Of a DNA stretch of 60,526 bases, positions 38,586 to 48,924 are shown piece by piece. The DNA is taken from contig CAYWJO010000017.1 of the NCBI GenBank assembly GCA_964458565.1, positions 1-60,526 on the forward strand, in the 5' to 3' direction. The translations under genes were made by a program, and so were the position numbers. This stretch comes from an uncultured archaeon (GTDB lineage: Archaea; Asgardarchaeota; Thorarchaeia; Thorarchaeales; Thorarchaeaceae). Within the stretch, counting starts at the first letter, position 1. Each line of letters opens with the position of its first letter. The notes beneath the pieces were generated by a model. That model had not been told where the DNA came from. It worked only from the letters and a program-made list of their open reading frames with translations, and ran no database searches.

Positions 38586-39077
38586 CTACAGATTAGCTTT
38601 GTACCAATTGATCGCTCCCCCGGCAGACAGAATATCCATCATTAGAGCTGGAAGCTTATTCCCCTCAAGAATTTCTCCTTTACTTAGAGTCACCAATCCA
38701 TCTCGGAGATTGACTTGAATCTCATCTCCATCTTTAAGTTTAGAGGTAATATCTGATATCACCAGTAATGGTAATCCAATATTGAATCCATTTCTATAGA
38801 ATATTCTCGCAAATGACTCAGCAATGACGCAGGATACACCCAGTTCTTTCAAAATCATCGGAGCTTCTTCTCTTGAAGAACCACTTCCGAAATTTCGACC
38901 CGCTATGACAATATCACCTTGTTTAACTTGACTAGCAAATTCAGGTCTTGGTCCTTCGAATGCATGTTTTGCCATCTCCGAATAATTCAGAAGTGTGAGA
39001 TACTGTCCTTGAATTATCTGATCTGTATCCATATTGTCCCCGAAAACCCAACATTTCCCTCTCAGTAGATTCTCCAT
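38586..39077 (-). CDS. leuD: 3-isopropylmalate dehydratase/homoaconitase small subunit
   Basis: FGDNMDTDQII, GRNFGSGSSREEA, SFARIFYRN; LeuD versus HacB cannot be resolved. Confidence 0.88.
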   Translation of the reverse strand: MENLLRGKCWVFGDNMDTDQIIQGQYLTLLNYSEMAKHAFEGPRPEFASQVKQGDIVIAGRNFGSGSSREEAPMILKELGVSCVIAESFARIFYRNGFNIGLPLLVISDITSKLKDGDEIQVNLRDGLVTLSKGEILEGNKLPALMMDILSAGGAINWYKANL

Positions 39078-40346
39078 CTAATCAACCCCTCTTGGATCTG
39101 TAATCCTTCCATAAAGCGCACTCGCTGCAACTGTGGCTGGTGAAGCCAGATATATCTCAGAAGTGTTGTCGCCCATACGCCCTCTGAAATTCCTATTTGT
39201 GCTTGAGATACATATTTCGTCAGGACCAAGAACTCCAAGATGCCCTCCAACGCAAGCACCACATGTGGAATTAGTCACAACAGCTCCCGCCTTCATTAAA
39301 TCTTCAATATATCCAGCTCGGAGCGCATTCAGGTAGGTTTCTTGACTTGCAGGTGTTACAATCAATCTAGTTGAAGGATGAATCTTCTTCCCTCTCACAA
39401 TTTCCGTTGCAATTTTTATATCTTCTAATCGTCCATTTGTACAAGATCCAATGAATGCTTGATCGATTTCTATTCCTTCCACCTCTCGAACCGACACTCC
39501 GTTTGTTGGAAGATGAGGTCTTGCAACCATTGGTTCAAGTTTTTCTTCACTTATATCTAATGTAATCTCATCAATGTATTCCGCATCAGAATCAGGTTGG
39601 ACCTCAGCCCATTTCGTATCCGGACTTCTCTGAATCATCCACTCTTTTACAGAATTATTCAGTGTCATGAGCCCACATTTTGCACCAGCTTCAACTGTCA
39701 TGTTACAGACTGTCATTCGAGCACCGACTGAAAGATTGTTGATAGTGTTCCCATGAAATTCCATTGATTGATAGTTAGCTCCATCTGGTCCGAGTTGAGA
39801 TAGTATTCTTAGAATCAGATCTTTGCTCATTACTCTCTCGCTAAATTCGCCCTGTACGATAATCTTCAATGATTCCGGAACTCTGAACCAACATTTTCCT
39901 GTTGCAATTATTAATGCCGTATCAGTGGCTGCAAGTCCTGTGGAAAACGCATTGAAGGCACCGTAGGTAGTTGAGTGTGAGTCGCATCCAATTACAAGCT
40001 CACCTGGATGAACTAACCCCATCTCAGCTAAAACTTGATGAGATACCCCACAATTCACATCACAGAAATATTTGATTCCCTGTTGCTTTACGAATTCTCG
40101 ATTTCTTGAATGAATTTGAGCACTTTGGATATCCGAAGCAGGCGCCCAGTGATCGTTTACCACCAAAATTCTATTGGGGTCCCAGACCTTTTCTATGCCC
40201 ATCTCATCTAAAATCGGAATCACTCTTGAACCTAAAACCTCGTGTACCATTAGAAAATCTATGTTGGCTTCTATAATTGCTCCTGCGTCTGTGTTAGTGT
40301 CTTTAGTGTGAGCAGCGAGTATTTTCTCTGCAAGAGTTTTTCCCAT
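39078..40346 (-). CDS. leuC: 3-isopropylmalate dehydratase/homoaconitase large subunit
   Basis: MGKTLAEKIL, DSHSTTYGA, IGSCTNGR, CGACVG, STNRNFRGRMG. Confidence 0.9.
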   Translation of the reverse strand: MGKTLAEKILAAHTKDTNTDAGAIIEANIDFLMVHEVLGSRVIPILDEMGIEKVWDPNRILVVNDHWAPASDIQSAQIHSRNREFVKQQGIKYFCDVNCGVSHQVLAEMGLVHPGELVIGCDSHSTTYGAFNAFSTGLAATDTALIIATGKCWFRVPESLKIIVQGEFSERVMSKDLILRILSQLGPDGANYQSMEFHGNTINNLSVGARMTVCNMTVEAGAKCGLMTLNNSVKEWMIQRSPDTKWAEVQPDSDAEYIDEITLDISEEKLEPMVARPHLPTNGVSVREVEGIEIDQAFIGSCTNGRLEDIKIATEIVRGKKIHPSTRLIVTPASQETYLNALRAGYIEDLMKAGAVVTNSTCGACVGGHLGVLGPDEICISSTNRNFRGRMGDNTSEIYLASPATVAASALYGRITDPRGVD

Positions 40347-40351
40347 TCAAA

Positions 40352-41506
40352 TCAAGACTCCTTAATTTTTTGCTTGATTCGTTTTAGATATTCTTCACCC
40401 ATCTGGCTAGTTGAAGAAGGAGTGATATTGGACCACTCTCCTGTGCATAAATCGTACGTTCTGATTTTGCCTTCAAGAAGTACTTCTGCAATTCCCTGTT
40501 CAATTGACTTTACTATCTTGATTAATTTCAAGTCATTATGTTTCTTCCCTAACCATTCAACCATCATGGATGCCGCAAGAATAGCAGCAGTAGGATTAGC
40601 GATATTCTTTCCAGAATGTTTCGGAGCTGAACCGTGTACTGGTTCAAAGACACCATGGTTACTGCCAATATTTCCTGCTGGTGCCATTCCCAATCCCCCT
40701 TGGATAGCTCCACCCAAATCAGTAATGATGTCTCCAAATTCATTTGGAGCTACAACAACATCATAGTACTCTGGTTTCTTTACTACCCACTGTGTCCAAG
40801 CATCAACATATGCATAATCGGTTTTGACGTTTGGATATTCAGTTGAAACTTCGTTGTACACCCTTCTAAAAAGCTGACAGCCTGCTAGCAAATTGCTCTT
40901 ATCAACACAAGTCACTCTATGTTCTCCGTCTGATGGAGCTCCATGGCGTAGCTTAGATTCATCAAAAGCAAACCGGATGACTCTCTCGGAACCTTTTCTA
41001 GTTATTATTCGAGTATCGATGGCTATCTCTTCATTTCCACCACGGACAAGTCTTCCTCTAATTGGTACGTAGAGTCCTTCAGTATTTTCTCGTACAATAA
41101 CCATATCAATATCTTTGTGGGTCTTATTTGCTAAAGGTGTAGGGACGCCTTCATATAGTTTGACTGGTCGAACATTCGCAAAAAGGTCGAGTTCAAATCT
41201 CATTCCAAGTACAACATTATAACCTGCAAGATTACCATCAGGAAGTCTGATTGGATTTCCATCATTATCATTGGCTCCAATTGCTCCCAATAAAACCGCA
41301 TCAGCCTCTGACTTACTAAATTCCTCGGCCTCTGATGACCATTCTATACCGTGTTTACTATAATATTCTCCACCACACTGGAATTCATGTAATTCTACTC
41401 TCTCGCCAATAGTATCAATCGATGTGATGATTTTAGTGGCTTCTGTGATGACCTCCTCCCCTATTCCGTCACCAGGAAGCACTGCTATCTTGAATTTATT
41501 TTTCAT
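40352..41506 (-). CDS. leuB: Isocitrate/isopropylmalate/homoisocitrate dehydrogenase family protein
   Basis: PGDGIGEEV, RENTEGLY, VDKSN, NEFGDIITD, FEPVHGSAP; substrate uncertain. Confidence 0.85.
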   Translation of the reverse strand: MKNKFKIAVLPGDGIGEEVITEATKIITSIDTIGERVELHEFQCGGEYYSKHGIEWSSEAEEFSKSEADAVLLGAIGANDNDGNPIRLPDGNLAGYNVVLGMRFELDLFANVRPVKLYEGVPTPLANKTHKDIDMVIVRENTEGLYVPIRGRLVRGGNEEIAIDTRIITRKGSERVIRFAFDESKLRHGAPSDGEHRVTCVDKSNLLAGCQLFRRVYNEVSTEYPNVKTDYAYVDAWTQWVVKKPEYYDVVVAPNEFGDIITDLGGAIQGGLGMAPAGNIGSNHGVFEPVHGSAPKHSGKNIANPTAAILAASMMVEWLGKKHNDLKLIKIVKSIEQGIAEVLLEGKIRTYDLCTGEWSNITPSSTSQMGEEYLKRIKQKIKES

Positions 41507-41517
41507 TTCTCTTCACC

Positions 41518-41856
41518 CTAATAACTTCCCAACCAACCTAAGTCCTTTCCTTGATCATCAATAATATTCACTTTCGTGTCCATATGCTCTCCATCTGCAA
41601 ACCGACTTAGACATCTTATGGTGAATTCACGTTCGCAATTACTGCAGCGTACAACCCAATCTTCCACTACCTCTTCTATCCCTTTTTTCTTGATTTCCTT
41701 TGGTGTTGCTATCATATTTACTAGGACAAGGTCGTTGCTATCACATTCGTATGCACATTCCTTGAGTGTGATTGCTTCCATTCCTCGTCTCCCAAGAGCA
41801 ACAAAAACAGCATCCGGTAATTCATCAAGAGATCGATTCGTTGTCAAGAATAACAC
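41518..41856 (-). CDS. Hypothetical Zn-binding protein
   Basis: CAYEC and CSNC pairs; first gene of the leu-like operon. Confidence 0.75.
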   Translation of the reverse strand: MLFLTTNRSLDELPDAVFVALGRRGMEAITLKECAYECDSNDLVLVNMIATPKEIKKKGIEEVVEDWVVRCSNCEREFTIRCLSRFADGEHMDTKVNIIDDQGKDLGWLGSY

Positions 41857-41958
41857 CTATTCTCCAGTATGGAATATTACGGATATTAGTTTCGAAATAA
41901 CATTTCCTGAGGATACACCTACGGTATGAATAAATTCAATGAATACATCTTGTAATCT

Positions 41959-42864
41959 ATGCGACTTCTGACTTACTCCATAATGGGAGTTCCCTCAATT
42001 GGAATAGATCTTGGAACTGATATCCTAGATATCCCTGAGGCTGCCTCAAGGTTCGGTCGACGCTATCACATTCATGGTCAGAATTTTCCCAAAAATATGA
42101 TTGATCTTCTGTCGTGGTCTGCTGGTTTGGAAGTGGTTCATCAGATATTGGAAACTTACGAAATGACGGAAGATTCTGAGAGACCCATGACACAAAGCCA
42201 TTCAAATGTGAAAATTGAAGCACCAATCGAAAGACCTGGGAAAATAATTGGTCTGGGATTGAATTATAGAGAACATATTGAGGAAACAGGACGCGATGTT
42301 CCAGATTTTCCTGTAATTTTTGCTAAGTTTCCCTCTAGTATTGTAAGGCCCAATGCTGAAATCCCAATCCCCCCACTGACGAAGAAGCTCGATTGGGAAG
42401 TAGAACTGGGGATTGTTATTGGCCGCACATGTAGAAATGTCACATCTAAGGATGCACTTGACTATGTAGCGGGATATACTATAATCAATGACCTGAGTGC
42501 TCGGGATCTGCAAAAAAGTGGTGAGGGTCAGTGGGTGGAGGGAAAGTCCCTCGATGGGTTGTGTCCCGTAGGACCTTGTATTGTAACAACGGATGAACTT
42601 GGTGATGGTTCAGGTCTCAAAATACAGACAATGGTGAATGAGACAGTGAAACAGGAATCAAACACATCAAATCTAATCTTTGGGGTGAAGGAAATTGTTT
42701 CTTATCTATCCAAAAGATTCACTCTAGAACCTGGTGATTTAGTCGCATCAGGAACACCATCAGGTGTTGGTTTTGCTCGGTCTCCACCTGAATTTTTAAA
42801 ATCTGGAGATGTTGTCAAACTGAATATTGAACGAATTGGCACACTTGTGACCAAGATATTGTAG
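41959..42864 (+). CDS. Fumarylacetoacetate hydrolase family protein
   Basis: KIIGLGLNY, DWEVEL, NDLSARD, GKSLD, GTPSGVG. Confidence 0.93.
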   Translation: MRLLTYSIMGVPSIGIDLGTDILDIPEAASRFGRRYHIHGQNFPKNMIDLLSWSAGLEVVHQILETYEMTEDSERPMTQSHSNVKIEAPIERPGKIIGLGLNYREHIEETGRDVPDFPVIFAKFPSSIVRPNAEIPIPPLTKKLDWEVELGIVIGRTCRNVTSKDALDYVAGYTIINDLSARDLQKSGEGQWVEGKSLDGLCPVGPCIVTTDELGDGSGLKIQTMVNETVKQESNTSNLIFGVKEIVSYLSKRFTLEPGDLVASGTPSGVGFARSPPEFLKSGDVVKLNIERIGTLVTKIL

Positions 42865-42870
42865 ATGCGA

Positions 42871-45168
42871 TTATCGAATATTGGTAAAAGATATTCGCAC
42901 AGCTTGGCCCTTCTTGAATTGTTGATTAATCGAAATAACCTCTGGTGCAATGGAGTGAAACTCTGTCACCTGATCATTAAGATATGCTTTCATTGGTTTC
43001 CAGGTTCCTCCAAATACTACGAAGATAGATTCTGCTTTTCTAGTGCTCCTGATGACTGTTAATTCTAACTCGTTAGTTTTAGAATTCCATTCATATGCAC
43101 CTATCTCCACAGCTCCCTGAGTAAAGTGGATACTTGTACTTAACAGAGAGGGAACTAGTTCCTCCGGTTTAATTGCAAACAATTTGCTTGAATGACTAGG
43201 TAATTTTCTTAGACTGACAGTCTTTTCATAGATTCCCTCGTATGATTCATCCCAGAAGTTAAAGACATGACATGGGCCGGATTCGTCAAGTCCGATTTCT
43301 TCTAGAGAGAATCTGATATCAATTGGCTCTTCATTTAGATTGCTTACGGACACAACAGCCCAACGCCCAAATGGAGTTTCTATTGGCAATGCAAATACAC
43401 GAGGATTTTCTTCGGTCAGTGCATCAATTGCTATTGCTCCTTTCGGATATATTGGTATCATTTTATCAATCATACTTAGTCGCTCTTCTGAAACCTCTTC
43501 CATCCGATCACTTAACATCAATATTCCTCCACTGAGAGCAACTAGGTTAAGCCAAAGATGAATCTCATCAAGAGTTAAATCGTTATCTTCTTGCCTTACT
43601 AGAATGCAATCTGGATCGTTTATCCATAGACGATTATGAAATACTGCTCTGGACATCGTATTTACTGCGCACTCATACACTCCGCCGCCCCAATCGTACC
43701 TCCATGCAGTTGCGATATCCGTTCCTATTCTCATTGCATTGACAATACCAATGCACTCTCCTATAGGTGCACCACATCCCAGAATCAATGCATCTCCTAC
43801 ACCTTTTCTCACAGCTTCAAGCCCTCTTCGCAATAGATCACCAAAGGTGACAGTCTGGTCATGTCGTCTTCCATTAACAGCTGCAAAATAAAGAAAATCA
43901 ATTTTGAAGTATTGAAATCCGTAACCCTTCAATCGTCTGAAGAGATTCTCGATATATTCTAGTACTTGGGGATTTGTCAAATCCAGAGCATAGTAATTCC
44001 CTAACCAGAGGGGATTTTGATCAACAGCAATGGGTTTGTTATCATTATCACGAACAAACCAATCCGGTCTATCTTTGAAAATCTCCGAATGCTCTGAGGC
44101 TACAAATGGTGCAGTCCATATTCCTGATTTAAAGTTCATTTCCTCAATCTTTTTGGATAGTGATTTTAGACCTGTAGGAAATCTACTATTTTCTTCCCAA
44201 TCTCCCACAGCTTTCTGAAAGCCGTCATCTATTTGAATCCATTCTAATTCGTTACCGAATCGTTCCTGCAGAAAACGAGTGTTTGTGAGAATCTCCCCCT
44301 CATCTGGCATTGTATAATAAAAGTACCAACTGCACCAGCCGAATGGTACTCTTTCCCATGATATTGCTTTCATGCTTGCAGCTAGCTGCTCTACATATTC
44401 TTCCAACGCTCGGCGAGACTCATCTCCTACAAGCACGAATAACTCCTCAGAGATTACGGATATGTTTTCAGATACATCAATACCATTTGTATTGACTGAA
44501 GCAACAATCTGAGCAAGTCTCTCGTCTTCCTTGTCCCTCCCATACACTGTTACTGATGAGAGTTGCTTAATTGCTGTTGTAAATCCGATGATCAGCCCTT
44601 TTTTAGTTGAGATATCTGTAAGAGCAGAAAACAAATGGCTCTTGTTTTCTCCAGATTCAATCTTCTTTGCGTGGCTTAGTTCCCATGAATGAAAACCGTT
44701 TTTAAACATACGAATTTTATTGCCATTCCATCCAAGAAACAATCTTGATTCATTTTCTATATCAATGACAAACGGATCTATTGAAATCAATGAACAGGAT
44801 TCTTTCTTTCGTCTATATTGGACTGTACACCAATATCCGCGTATACCTTCTGCTAGAGTCAATCTGATATTAACATCAGCTGTGCCTTCAGGGTCGCTCA
44901 GTCTAAGAACCAGTGCCTTACCTTTCGCTCTCTCATCATCAAAATCCATCGAGCTAAAAGACTTGTAGGTCATTTTTCGAGAGTCTAGAACTTGTTTGTC
45001 AGTATGCACCTGTATGTAACTACGCTTGAATAATACTTCACTATTCTCAGCGTCCAATAGTTCTATTGTCCCAAGTCTAATATGATATGAGATTCTCACT
45101 CTATCGTTACTAAAATCTATGGTGTCATCTGAGATTTCAAGCCTACATACATCTTGGTTACCTGTCAT
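42871..45168 (-). CDS. Glycoside hydrolase clan D alpha-galactosidase (GH36-like)
   Basis: GWCSWY, QIDDG, FKIDF (nucleophile), RIGTD (acid/base), NDPD. Confidence 0.88.
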   Translation of the reverse strand: MTGNQDVCRLEISDDTIDFSNDRVRISYHIRLGTIELLDAENSEVLFKRSYIQVHTDKQVLDSRKMTYKSFSSMDFDDERAKGKALVLRLSDPEGTADVNIRLTLAEGIRGYWCTVQYRRKKESCSLISIDPFVIDIENESRLFLGWNGNKIRMFKNGFHSWELSHAKKIESGENKSHLFSALTDISTKKGLIIGFTTAIKQLSSVTVYGRDKEDERLAQIVASVNTNGIDVSENISVISEELFVLVGDESRRALEEYVEQLAASMKAISWERVPFGWCSWYFYYTMPDEGEILTNTRFLQERFGNELEWIQIDDGFQKAVGDWEENSRFPTGLKSLSKKIEEMNFKSGIWTAPFVASEHSEIFKDRPDWFVRDNDNKPIAVDQNPLWLGNYYALDLTNPQVLEYIENLFRRLKGYGFQYFKIDFLYFAAVNGRRHDQTVTFGDLLRRGLEAVRKGVGDALILGCGAPIGECIGIVNAMRIGTDIATAWRYDWGGGVYECAVNTMSRAVFHNRLWINDPDCILVRQEDNDLTLDEIHLWLNLVALSGGILMLSDRMEEVSEERLSMIDKMIPIYPKGAIAIDALTEENPRVFALPIETPFGRWAVVSVSNLNEEPIDIRFSLEEIGLDESGPCHVFNFWDESYEGIYEKTVSLRKLPSHSSKLFAIKPEELVPSLLSTSIHFTQGAVEIGAYEWNSKTNELELTVIRSTRKAESIFVVFGGTWKPMKAYLNDQVTEFHSIAPEVISINQQFKKGQAVRISFTNIR

Positions 45169-45232
45169 CTAGCTGTCACCACTACTCTTACCAATTGCTA
45201 GTGGTATTCTTATGCTTTCTTGGTCGTACGAA

Positions 45233-45856
45233 TCAGAGTTTTTCAGCACGCGCTGACGCCTTATCTGCATCATCATATTCAAAGAGTTTCTTATGAGCAG
45301 AAGCTAGTAGCTCCCAGACTTCTCTATCTTTTGGTTTCATTTCTAGATACTTCTGGCAATAATGCTTTACCATTGCCCAATCGTCAAGTTGTTCATAACA
45401 TTTGGCACCATAATACAAGGCGCGTTTATGATTCATCTGAGGGCCATGTAGCTCCTTGAATATGTATAAGGCATCTTGCCAATCACCATTATCATACAAT
45501 TCTTTCGCTTCTTGGAATTTGATCTCCATCTCTCCATACTCTGGAATTCTTAACCCTATTGATCCCAGAGTACTGAGTGACCCACAGCAGGCAAAGATAG
45601 TGGCCATCAATATACCAATTGTGAACGCTGTACCTGGCGTAATGCCGAGAGAAAAGAGGTTATTCAAGAATTCAACAATGATCGATGCTATGAATATGAG
45701 GAATGCCATAATTCCAATGAATTTGACATTCAAATATCGAGTAAGTCCTGGTTGGACACTCATATCCGGGCTATCTGGTCCGTCTGGTTCTTCCAACATA
45801 TCTGTTTGTTCTACATCATCGCTTTTAGGTTCTATGAACAGAGAAATATTATTCAT
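45233..45856 (-). CDS. Membrane protein with C-terminal TPR repeats
   Basis: Two TM helices, then ALYYGAKCYE...YLEMKPKDREVWELLA. Confidence 0.8.
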   Translation of the reverse strand: MNNISLFIEPKSDDVEQTDMLEEPDGPDSPDMSVQPGLTRYLNVKFIGIMAFLIFIASIIVEFLNNLFSLGITPGTAFTIGILMATIFACCGSLSTLGSIGLRIPEYGEMEIKFQEAKELYDNGDWQDALYIFKELHGPQMNHKRALYYGAKCYEQLDDWAMVKHYCQKYLEMKPKDREVWELLASAHKKLFEYDDADKASARAEKL

Positions 45857-46481
45857 CTAATGCACTATCTGGTTTGCTTTTTCGATATTCTTCATCATCA
45901 TGTTTTGCCACAAGTCTGTCACGTGCAACTTGTATCCATTGGGCGACTCTTGAAACTAATTCAGGATTCAATTCAAGTGCTAACTCTGCATATGCAATTG
46001 CTCTCTCATCTTCTTGCTCTATGAAATGAGCGTTGGCTTTGTTGTAAAATGCTTCTGCATAATCAGGGCGAATGAAGACTGCTCGTGTATATGCTTCAAT
46101 TGCTTCTTTTCCTTCACCGAGTCTTGAATAAGTATTCCCTAAATTATTCCATGCTTCGGCATCCTCCTCATTGATATCTAGTGCTTCTTTGTAGCAATCT
46201 CGAGCACCTACGAAATCCTTCAACCTGTAAAGAACACCAGCTTTATTGAACCAAATCTCGAAAATTTCGTTGTCGATAGCTAGTGCCTCATCATATGCAT
46301 GAAGTGCGTCTTGTAATTTCTCAATTTCAGAGTACGCATATCCTAGATTGTACCATCCTTCAAGTGATTCTGGCCTTTCTTTTACAAACTCTTCAAGTAC
46401 TCTAATTGCGTCATCAAACATACCCCTCTCAAGTAAAGCTAATGCTCTCTCGATCATTTCGTTAGGTTCTCCTCGCACCAT
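45849..46481 (-). CDS. Tetratricopeptide repeat protein
   Basis: Repeated WYNLG/WFNKA/WNNLG/FYNKA; start placed at ATG 46481 after SD AGGTG. Confidence 0.9.
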   Translation of the reverse strand: MVRGEPNEMIERALALLERGMFDDAIRVLEEFVKERPESLEGWYNLGYAYSEIEKLQDALHAYDEALAIDNEIFEIWFNKAGVLYRLKDFVGARDCYKEALDINEEDAEAWNNLGNTYSRLGEGKEAIEAYTRAVFIRPDYAEAFYNKANAHFIEQEDERAIAYAELALELNPELVSRVAQWIQVARDRLVAKHDDEEYRKSKPDSALDE

Positions 46482-46535
46482 TAAACACACCTGATATATG
46501 ATACAATAACGAATAAGATTTCCTAGATGGCACAA

Positions 46536-47399
46536 TTATGAGCAATAGGGTTTTCTCTTTTCGAATGTGCATGGTCTATCGATACCTGCATCGTTCAGGA
46601 TACCTAGGGCTTTGTCATAATATGACCCTACTTCATCCGGCAAATGAGAATCCGAGCCAATAGTGACAGTATGAATCCCTTTTGATATCAGTGTATGTAC
46701 TAGACTGGTTTCTGGCATTGGTTCTTCATGCCCCCTTCGAAGCCATGATGTATTAATTTCAAAACCCACCTTATGTTTTTTCATAGACCTGATTACGCCA
46801 TCTATATGATTCGCCCATCTATTTCTCATGCTAGTACCATACGCTGACATACCATATCTCCTATAGATGTCGATATGTCCAATGATGTCGAAAAGTCCGC
46901 TCTCGATAGCTTTGCGTAAGAGTTCGTAGTATCTTCCAATAAAACCTTCTAATCCATACCGTATGTAAATCTCTTCAGCTTCACGCTTGATTGTTATCGC
47001 CTTGTGGTCAATTAAATGAACTGATCCAATAATCATATCAAATTCAGTTTCAAAGAACTTTGTCGGGAGTACTTCTTCCACTCCTTCAAAATAATCAACT
47101 TCAACTCCTAGTCGGACGATTAGTCCTTGATCAAGATACTTCTCTCCTACTTTGCGAATCTCTTTCTCATATTCAATTAACCATGAATTATCGAACACAC
47201 TAACTCTCTCACCATTCAAGCGAACATAGCAATCGTCCCTCTCCGGGTCACTATCCAGATGCGTAGTGAAGCATATCTCTCTTAGACCTCGCTCCACTGC
47301 AGAAATGCAGTATTCGTCTAATGTTCCTTCGGCATCAAATGAGAAGTTTGGATGGATATGGTAGTCGTACATTCTGATATTGCAGTAAGTGGACCGCAA
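46536..47399 (-). CDS. PHP-domain histidinol-phosphatase (HisJ/HisK family)
   Basis: DYHIH..FS.DAEG, GSVH, GHID, EINT, GSDSH; the true start may be ATG 47372. Confidence 0.85.
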   Translation of the reverse strand: MRSTYCNIRMYDYHIHPNFSFDAEGTLDEYCISAVERGLREICFTTHLDSDPERDDCYVRLNGERVSVFDNSWLIEYEKEIRKVGEKYLDQGLIVRLGVEVDYFEGVEEVLPTKFFETEFDMIIGSVHLIDHKAITIKREAEEIYIRYGLEGFIGRYYELLRKAIESGLFDIIGHIDIYRRYGMSAYGTSMRNRWANHIDGVIRSMKKHKVGFEINTSWLRRGHEEPMPETSLVHTLISKGIHTVTIGSDSHLPDEVGSYYDKALGILNDAGIDRPCTFEKRKPYCS

Positions 47400-47432
47400 T
47401 ATCAGGTTGACTATTGGGCAATTGTTGTACAG

Positions 47433-48701
47433 TTACATAAGAGGAGTATCAAATACTAATGGAACTTTTTCTGGTTCTCTTGCAGATTCTCTAAGCGTCA
47501 ATGCAATTACTGTACCTAATATCGCAGTGATTACAAGGAAGATGATCGAGGCATCAAGTCCATATGTGTCACCTATGAATCCAAAGAACCACGGAGATAG
47601 TGCTCCTGGCAACGCCCCGAGAGAAAACAAAACACCAAATGCAAGACCCTTTGATTTTGCAGGGACTACTTCAGTTTCATACGCTTGGCCTGCTGGTATT
47701 CCAATGAAGTACACGAATCCTACCAAAATTAATACGATAATTAGAGTAGTTAAATCAAGAGGTAAGTTTAGGAGCATTAAACTAGGAACAAGTAGAGCCA
47801 TTGATGCAATCATAAAAGGAGTTCTTTTACCTACTCTATCTGAAACCGGTGCAAAAACAAATTCTGCTACAAGTCCCGCTGCGAGCATGATAGACGTCAA
47901 TGTTCCAGCAAGCAGTGCGTCATGTCCATACCTCAGTGAGAGGTATGTTGGCATCAAAAGAGTTGTGCATCTAAATGGTACTCCACGTAGTGCAACATAA
48001 AGAATTAGTAGAATATAGTTTCTTGACCAACCACTAGGGCCGTCTATGACTACTTGTGCTTTAGGCGCATCAACTTCATTTTCTACTATTCTGATGTCAA
48101 AGGAGTGTGCATATTTCATGAAAAGGAGTGCTGGTACGAACAATACTATGCCCATAAGTCCGAGGATGAACAATGACTGACGCCAGCTGCTGAGAAGGGC
48201 AAATAAGGTACTAGCCAAAAATGGGACCAAAACCATCCCTACTAGTCCTCCTGCCGCGATTACACCTACAGCTCTGGCTCGTGCATATTTGGGAAAACGT
48301 TCTGAAAGAGCCGGGAACATTGAGGGGTGAAGAGGAGATACTCCTAACCCAAGAAGAATTTGAGTTGCTACTAGAAAATAGAATCCAGTAGCAAAACCAG
48401 TGACTAATACAACAAGTGAGGGGGCAAACACGCTCAAGGGTATAAAGAAGTCACGCCAGCCCTTATCCCCTAAATAACCAATTACTAGGTGGAACAAGGT
48501 CATCATGATGATTGCTGCGCTTGTTATAATCCCAATTTCTGTGAAGCTCAACGAAAGATCATCTTGAATCCCATTGAGACCGTTTAATGCAGGGAAAAGT
48601 GGTGAAAGGACGCCAGTATAGACATGATTCAGAAAATGTGCGAGCGTACATGCGATTAATACTGCATAAGATGCTCTAGTTACCTCAGCCAAGATTTCCA
48701 C
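47433..48701 (-). CDS. MFS transporter
   Basis: About 12 TM helices; motif A GYLGDKGWR / SDRVGKR; AHFLNH. Confidence 0.9.
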   Translation of the reverse strand: MEILAEVTRASYAVLIACTLAHFLNHVYTGVLSPLFPALNGLNGIQDDLSLSFTEIGIITSAAIIMMTLFHLVIGYLGDKGWRDFFIPLSVFAPSLVVLVTGFATGFYFLVATQILLGLGVSPLHPSMFPALSERFPKYARARAVGVIAAGGLVGMVLVPFLASTLFALLSSWRQSLFILGLMGIVLFVPALLFMKYAHSFDIRIVENEVDAPKAQVVIDGPSGWSRNYILLILYVALRGVPFRCTTLLMPTYLSLRYGHDALLAGTLTSIMLAAGLVAEFVFAPVSDRVGKRTPFMIASMALLVPSLMLLNLPLDLTTLIIVLILVGFVYFIGIPAGQAYETEVVPAKSKGLAFGVLFSLGALPGALSPWFFGFIGDTYGLDASIIFLVITAILGTVIALTLRESAREPEKVPLVFDTPLM

Positions 48702-48766
48702 CTGTTGATTAGGAAAATCGAGGTATTATTCTGATGTTTAAGTATACTGTTAGGGATACTATATCA

Positions 48767-48872
48767 AAAAGGAGAATGTGGATTGCTGATGACTAATGAA
48801 ATCACTAATCACCAGCATATCCGATTTTCGACTCGGTTTTTTGGTAATTATTAAATTGCTTCCTCTCCTTTT
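48767..48872 (-). ncRNA. Putative ~105-nt structured RNA
   Basis: Closing stem AAAAGGAGA 48767-48775/TCTCCTTTT 48864-48872. Inner stem 48785-48798/48803-48816 has three mismatches, all A.C on plus (G-U on minus). Confidence 0.45.
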
Positions 48873-48924
48873 AAAGGTCTGAAACTACGCAACCTAAGTG
48901 TATCTAAGGACACTTAGACGAGCA

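Noticed and set aside
47389-48000. 203-aa plus-strand ORF
   Set aside because: Antisense shadow of the MFS transporter.
48785-48816. ATGA...AA hairpin as a SECIS element
   Set aside because: The ATGA is Watson-Crick paired, there is no GA quartet partner, wobble pairs favour the opposite strand, and no adjacent selenoprotein ORF is present.
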